Shown here in pieces: positions 61,828 through 64,000 of a stretch of 64,000 nucleotides of DNA (the first letter of the stretch is position 1; the number at the start of each line of letters is the position of its first letter). Source of the DNA: an uncultured virus (IMG/VR IMGVR_UViG_3300034418_011988) (lineage: Duplodnaviria > Heunggongvirae > Uroviricota > Caudoviricetes); IMG/VR virus record IMGVR_UViG_3300034418_011988; one strand, given 5' to 3'. The notes beneath the pieces are model-generated. The model was not told the origin of the DNA. It ran no database searches and worked only from the letters and a program-made list of their open reading frames with translations. The position numbers and the translations under genes are program-made.

Positions 61828-62057
61828 TTCACACCCCCGCGGTATCCATAGTCAGCGAGCTCACCGTGGAGCCGCTCCCAGTTAATGTTCAGCGGCGTAA
61901 AGCCGTCGCCCCGGTCGGCGAAGAGGGTCATGCCGTCCTTCTTGATCTCAACGGCGCGGTAGTTCTTGGGCGCACCGTCGAAGACGATATCAAGCCCATG
62001 CAGGCGGCAGGTGCGGCGCACCCGGTTGTAGTATTGTTTCTTCCTAGCGACGCTCAT
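61824..62057 (-). CDS. Hypothetical protein
   Basis: GAGGAGG RBS, ATGA overlap with the recombinase gene. Confidence 0.65.
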   Translation of the reverse strand: MSVARKKQYYNRVRRTCRLHGLDIVFDGAPKNYRAVEIKKDGMTLFADRGDGFTPLNINWERLHGELADYGYRGGVK

Positions 62058-62133
62058 AGGGACCTCCTCTCAATGCGCAAGCGCATGGTAACTGGTCCCG
62101 TGTCGATGTGCAAGTGTGCATAGAGGGGGTTTT

Positions 62134-62307
62134 ATGAGGAAGGAAGACGTGAAGATCACGGTCAAGTTCGACGAGGAAGACCTGGAGTCGATCATGGAAG
62201 GCCTGCACGCCATGGCCGACGAGGTTCAATACCTGCGAGAGGTGCTAGAGCGCCTCCGGGAGGAAGCCTCCCGGGTGGTAACCGCCAGCGAGGGCGAGGT
62301 TCACTGA
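62134..62307 (+). CDS. Small acidic hypothetical protein
   Basis: GAGGGGG upstream of ATG 62134; divergent from 62057. Confidence 0.5.
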   Translation: MRKEDVKITVKFDEEDLESIMEGLHAMADEVQYLREVLERLREEASRVVTASEGEVH

Positions 62308-64000
62308 GTCCGGCCGACCCGCTTGAGGGCCGTACCCAAGCCCCCTAAGGTCAAGAGGTTCAAAGGATCCAGGAAAAGCTCGGCTGCAGTCGCCAGGGCC
62401 GGGGACCCAGTGATATCCAAGGTCTGCTGGCCCATGAACTCCGACGGCGCGGCGAGCGCCTCCAAGGGACCCGCAGCAGCTTGAAGGGCGTCCATCGAGC
62501 CCTGGCTGCTGGGCATGTAGGTCAGAGCCTCGGTGATTTCATTGATCCGAGCCTCCGCCGCCTCCCGGTCCCCCGTGCGGGCAAGGGTGAAGAGCCCCTC
62601 AAGCCCTGCGGGCACCGAGCCCAGGATCGAGCTCCCGATCGTCGCGGCAGCCTCAAGCGCTTCCCGGGGACCAATGGAGGGCTCTCTCATTTGGGCCTCC
62701 ATCATGAGCCGGTCCAGGGCCTGGGAGGCGATCGCCGTTTGCCGCTGGTCGTAGTCCCCAAAGACGTTTTCCTGGGCCAAGGACCTTGCGCTTGCGTCAC
62801 GGAAACTGAAGGGCTCATCGTCCTGGTAAAACGGGCTCATGCCGCGGGCCATGCGGTCCATGGCGTGGGCCCGGGCCTTCTCGATGATCGCCTGGGGTGG
62901 CCGATCCCGCCCAAGGTCCATGTTCGCGATCGTCTCGATCTCATCCCGGGTCAGGGTTGGGACCAGGAGCGGGTAGAAACCCTCCTCCGAGCCCGGCTGG
63001 CCCACCGAGACCTCGGTCATGGTGCGGCCGGAGACCCTGTTTTGAATCGGGCCCAGGAAGCCGCTCTCGGATTTAATTGAGCCATCCAGCCGGCGCATGT
63101 AATCCGGGACCTCATCCTGCCCAGGCTGGGGCATCGCAGCCGCAGGAGCCGGCGGGGTGAGCTCGGGGGCACCGAACAGGTCTTCCTCGATGCCTGCGGA
63201 GATGTTGATGGGCTCCGCCGGGGGAGGAGCGAAGGTAGCCTGAGGAGGCTGAGAGCCGCCCATGACAATCTGCTCGGCCATCTCTCGGGGGAAGCCAGCG
63301 TCGATCAGGCGCTGCGTGGCCCTGTCTGCGACCACAGGGGCGGACAGCGCCTCAGGAAGCGGCTGGGGCCCGGCTTCGCCAGGGAAGGCGCGCCCAAACT
63401 CTTCAAACTTAAGCTTCTCCTCTTGCGCCTGCTCTGGAGACAGGCCCTGCAGGGCAGCGATCCCCTGGGGAAGCAGTACCGGGAGCGGAGCAAAGCCAAA
63501 CATCGTGGTAGGCGACTTCATCTTCTGGAAGATGGTTTCGCCTTCCTTCGTCGGGGTATCTAGGCGATAAATCTTGGACTCGTAGCCTTCGACCGCCATG
63601 GTTTCTGGCAGCCCCGAGGCCGAGACAGGCGCAGGGCCTATGGCCTTATCGATGGCTGAGGGGATGTTTTGATCATACTGAACCCGCAGCCCTGGATCGC
63701 CCCAGCGATCGACATGCACCTGGCCGGGCGCGAAGCTGACGCCGTCGTAGCCCTCCTCGGCGGCCTTCTTGAAGATGTACTTCACCGCCAGCCTGTTCCA
63801 GGAGTCAGTATCAAGGACGAAGGGTCCTTGCTGCGGCAGGCCACGCTGCTCTTTCCCTTGGCGTATCTTCGCGCCTTCAGGATCCGCCCTGTCCAAGGCG
63901 GCTTGCAGCTTTGACATCAGCTTTGGATCGACGCCATTCGATGCTAAGTACCTCTCCCGCTCTTGCAGTATCCGCTCAAAAACCTCATTCCATTGCGGAT
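62301..64000 (-). CDS. Large virion-type/polyvalent-like protein, 5' part outside the window
   Basis: Frame stays open from 63917 to the window end; PF...W..LA.K...AAEEGYDGV motif; Gly/Ala-rich hydrophobic C-terminus. Confidence 0.65.
   Translation of the reverse strand, partial: PQWNEVFERILQERERYLASNGVDPKLMSKLQAALDRADPEGAKIRQGKEQRGLPQQGPFVLDTDSWNRLAVKYIFKKAAEEGYDGVSFAPGQVHVDRWGDPGLRVQYDQNIPSAIDKAIGPAPVSASGLPETMAVEGYESKIYRLDTPTKEGETIFQKMKSPTTMFGFAPLPVLLPQGIAALQGLSPEQAQEEKLKFEEFGRAFPGEAGPQPLPEALSAPVVADRATQRLIDAGFPREMAEQIVMGGSQPPQATFAPPPAEPINISAGIEEDLFGAPELTPPAPAAAMPQPGQDEVPDYMRRLDGSIKSESGFLGPIQNRVSGRTMTEVSVGQPGSEEGFYPLLVPTLTRDEIETIANMDLGRDRPPQAIIEKARAHAMDRMARGMSPFYQDDEPFSFRDASARSLAQENVFGDYDQRQTAIASQALDRLMMEAQMREPSIGPREALEAAATIGSSILGSVPAGLEGLFTLARTGDREAAEARINEITEALTYMPSSQGSMDALQAAAGPLEALAAPSEFMGQQTLDITGSPALATAAELFLDPLNLLTLGGLGTALKRVGRTQ

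Noticed and set aside
1..64000. tRNA/rRNA genes, RNA polymerase, tyrosine integrase, host chromosomal genes
   Set aside because: None recognised by eye. A tRNAscan/Infernal run would be needed to exclude small RNAs formally.

Overview
The window is almost entirely dsDNA tailed-phage sequence of podovirus type. Its gene content resembles marine proteobacterial phages that carry PolA, an SF1 helicase, a primase, a SNF2 helicase and a phage GroES. Nearly all genes are on the minus strand. Right to left the order is: large virion-type protein (partial), serine recombinase, tail protein and fibre, tail stabilisation protein, four large ejection-type proteins, SNF2 helicase (+), replication operon, many small early genes, TerS, an array of self-contained promoter-hairpin-gene-terminator cassettes, a non-coding putative genome-end region, TerL, an ART-like protein, portal, a giant Pro-rich protein, lysis genes, GroES, scaffold, major capsid protein, head-tail proteins and a second tail protein/fibre pair (partial). 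Most notable: (i) an exact 89-bp direct repeat inside the two fibre genes brackets a 58,121-bp segment that looks like a complete phage genome, so this may be a cointegrate or an assembly chimera; (ii) a five-unit early cassette array shares a covarying 5' hairpin (C-ACGGG-G loop) and a common terminator; (iii) there is a perfect chromosomal-type parS site with no par genes; (iv) there are stand-alone XseB-like, Rmf-like and sigma-region-4-like genes; (v) a short xxGG motif is shared by many virion-module proteins; (vi) there is a candidate ~100-nt sRNA and a set of strand-biased 7-bp-period arrays. Family assignments are from motif recognition by eye; no database search was run.
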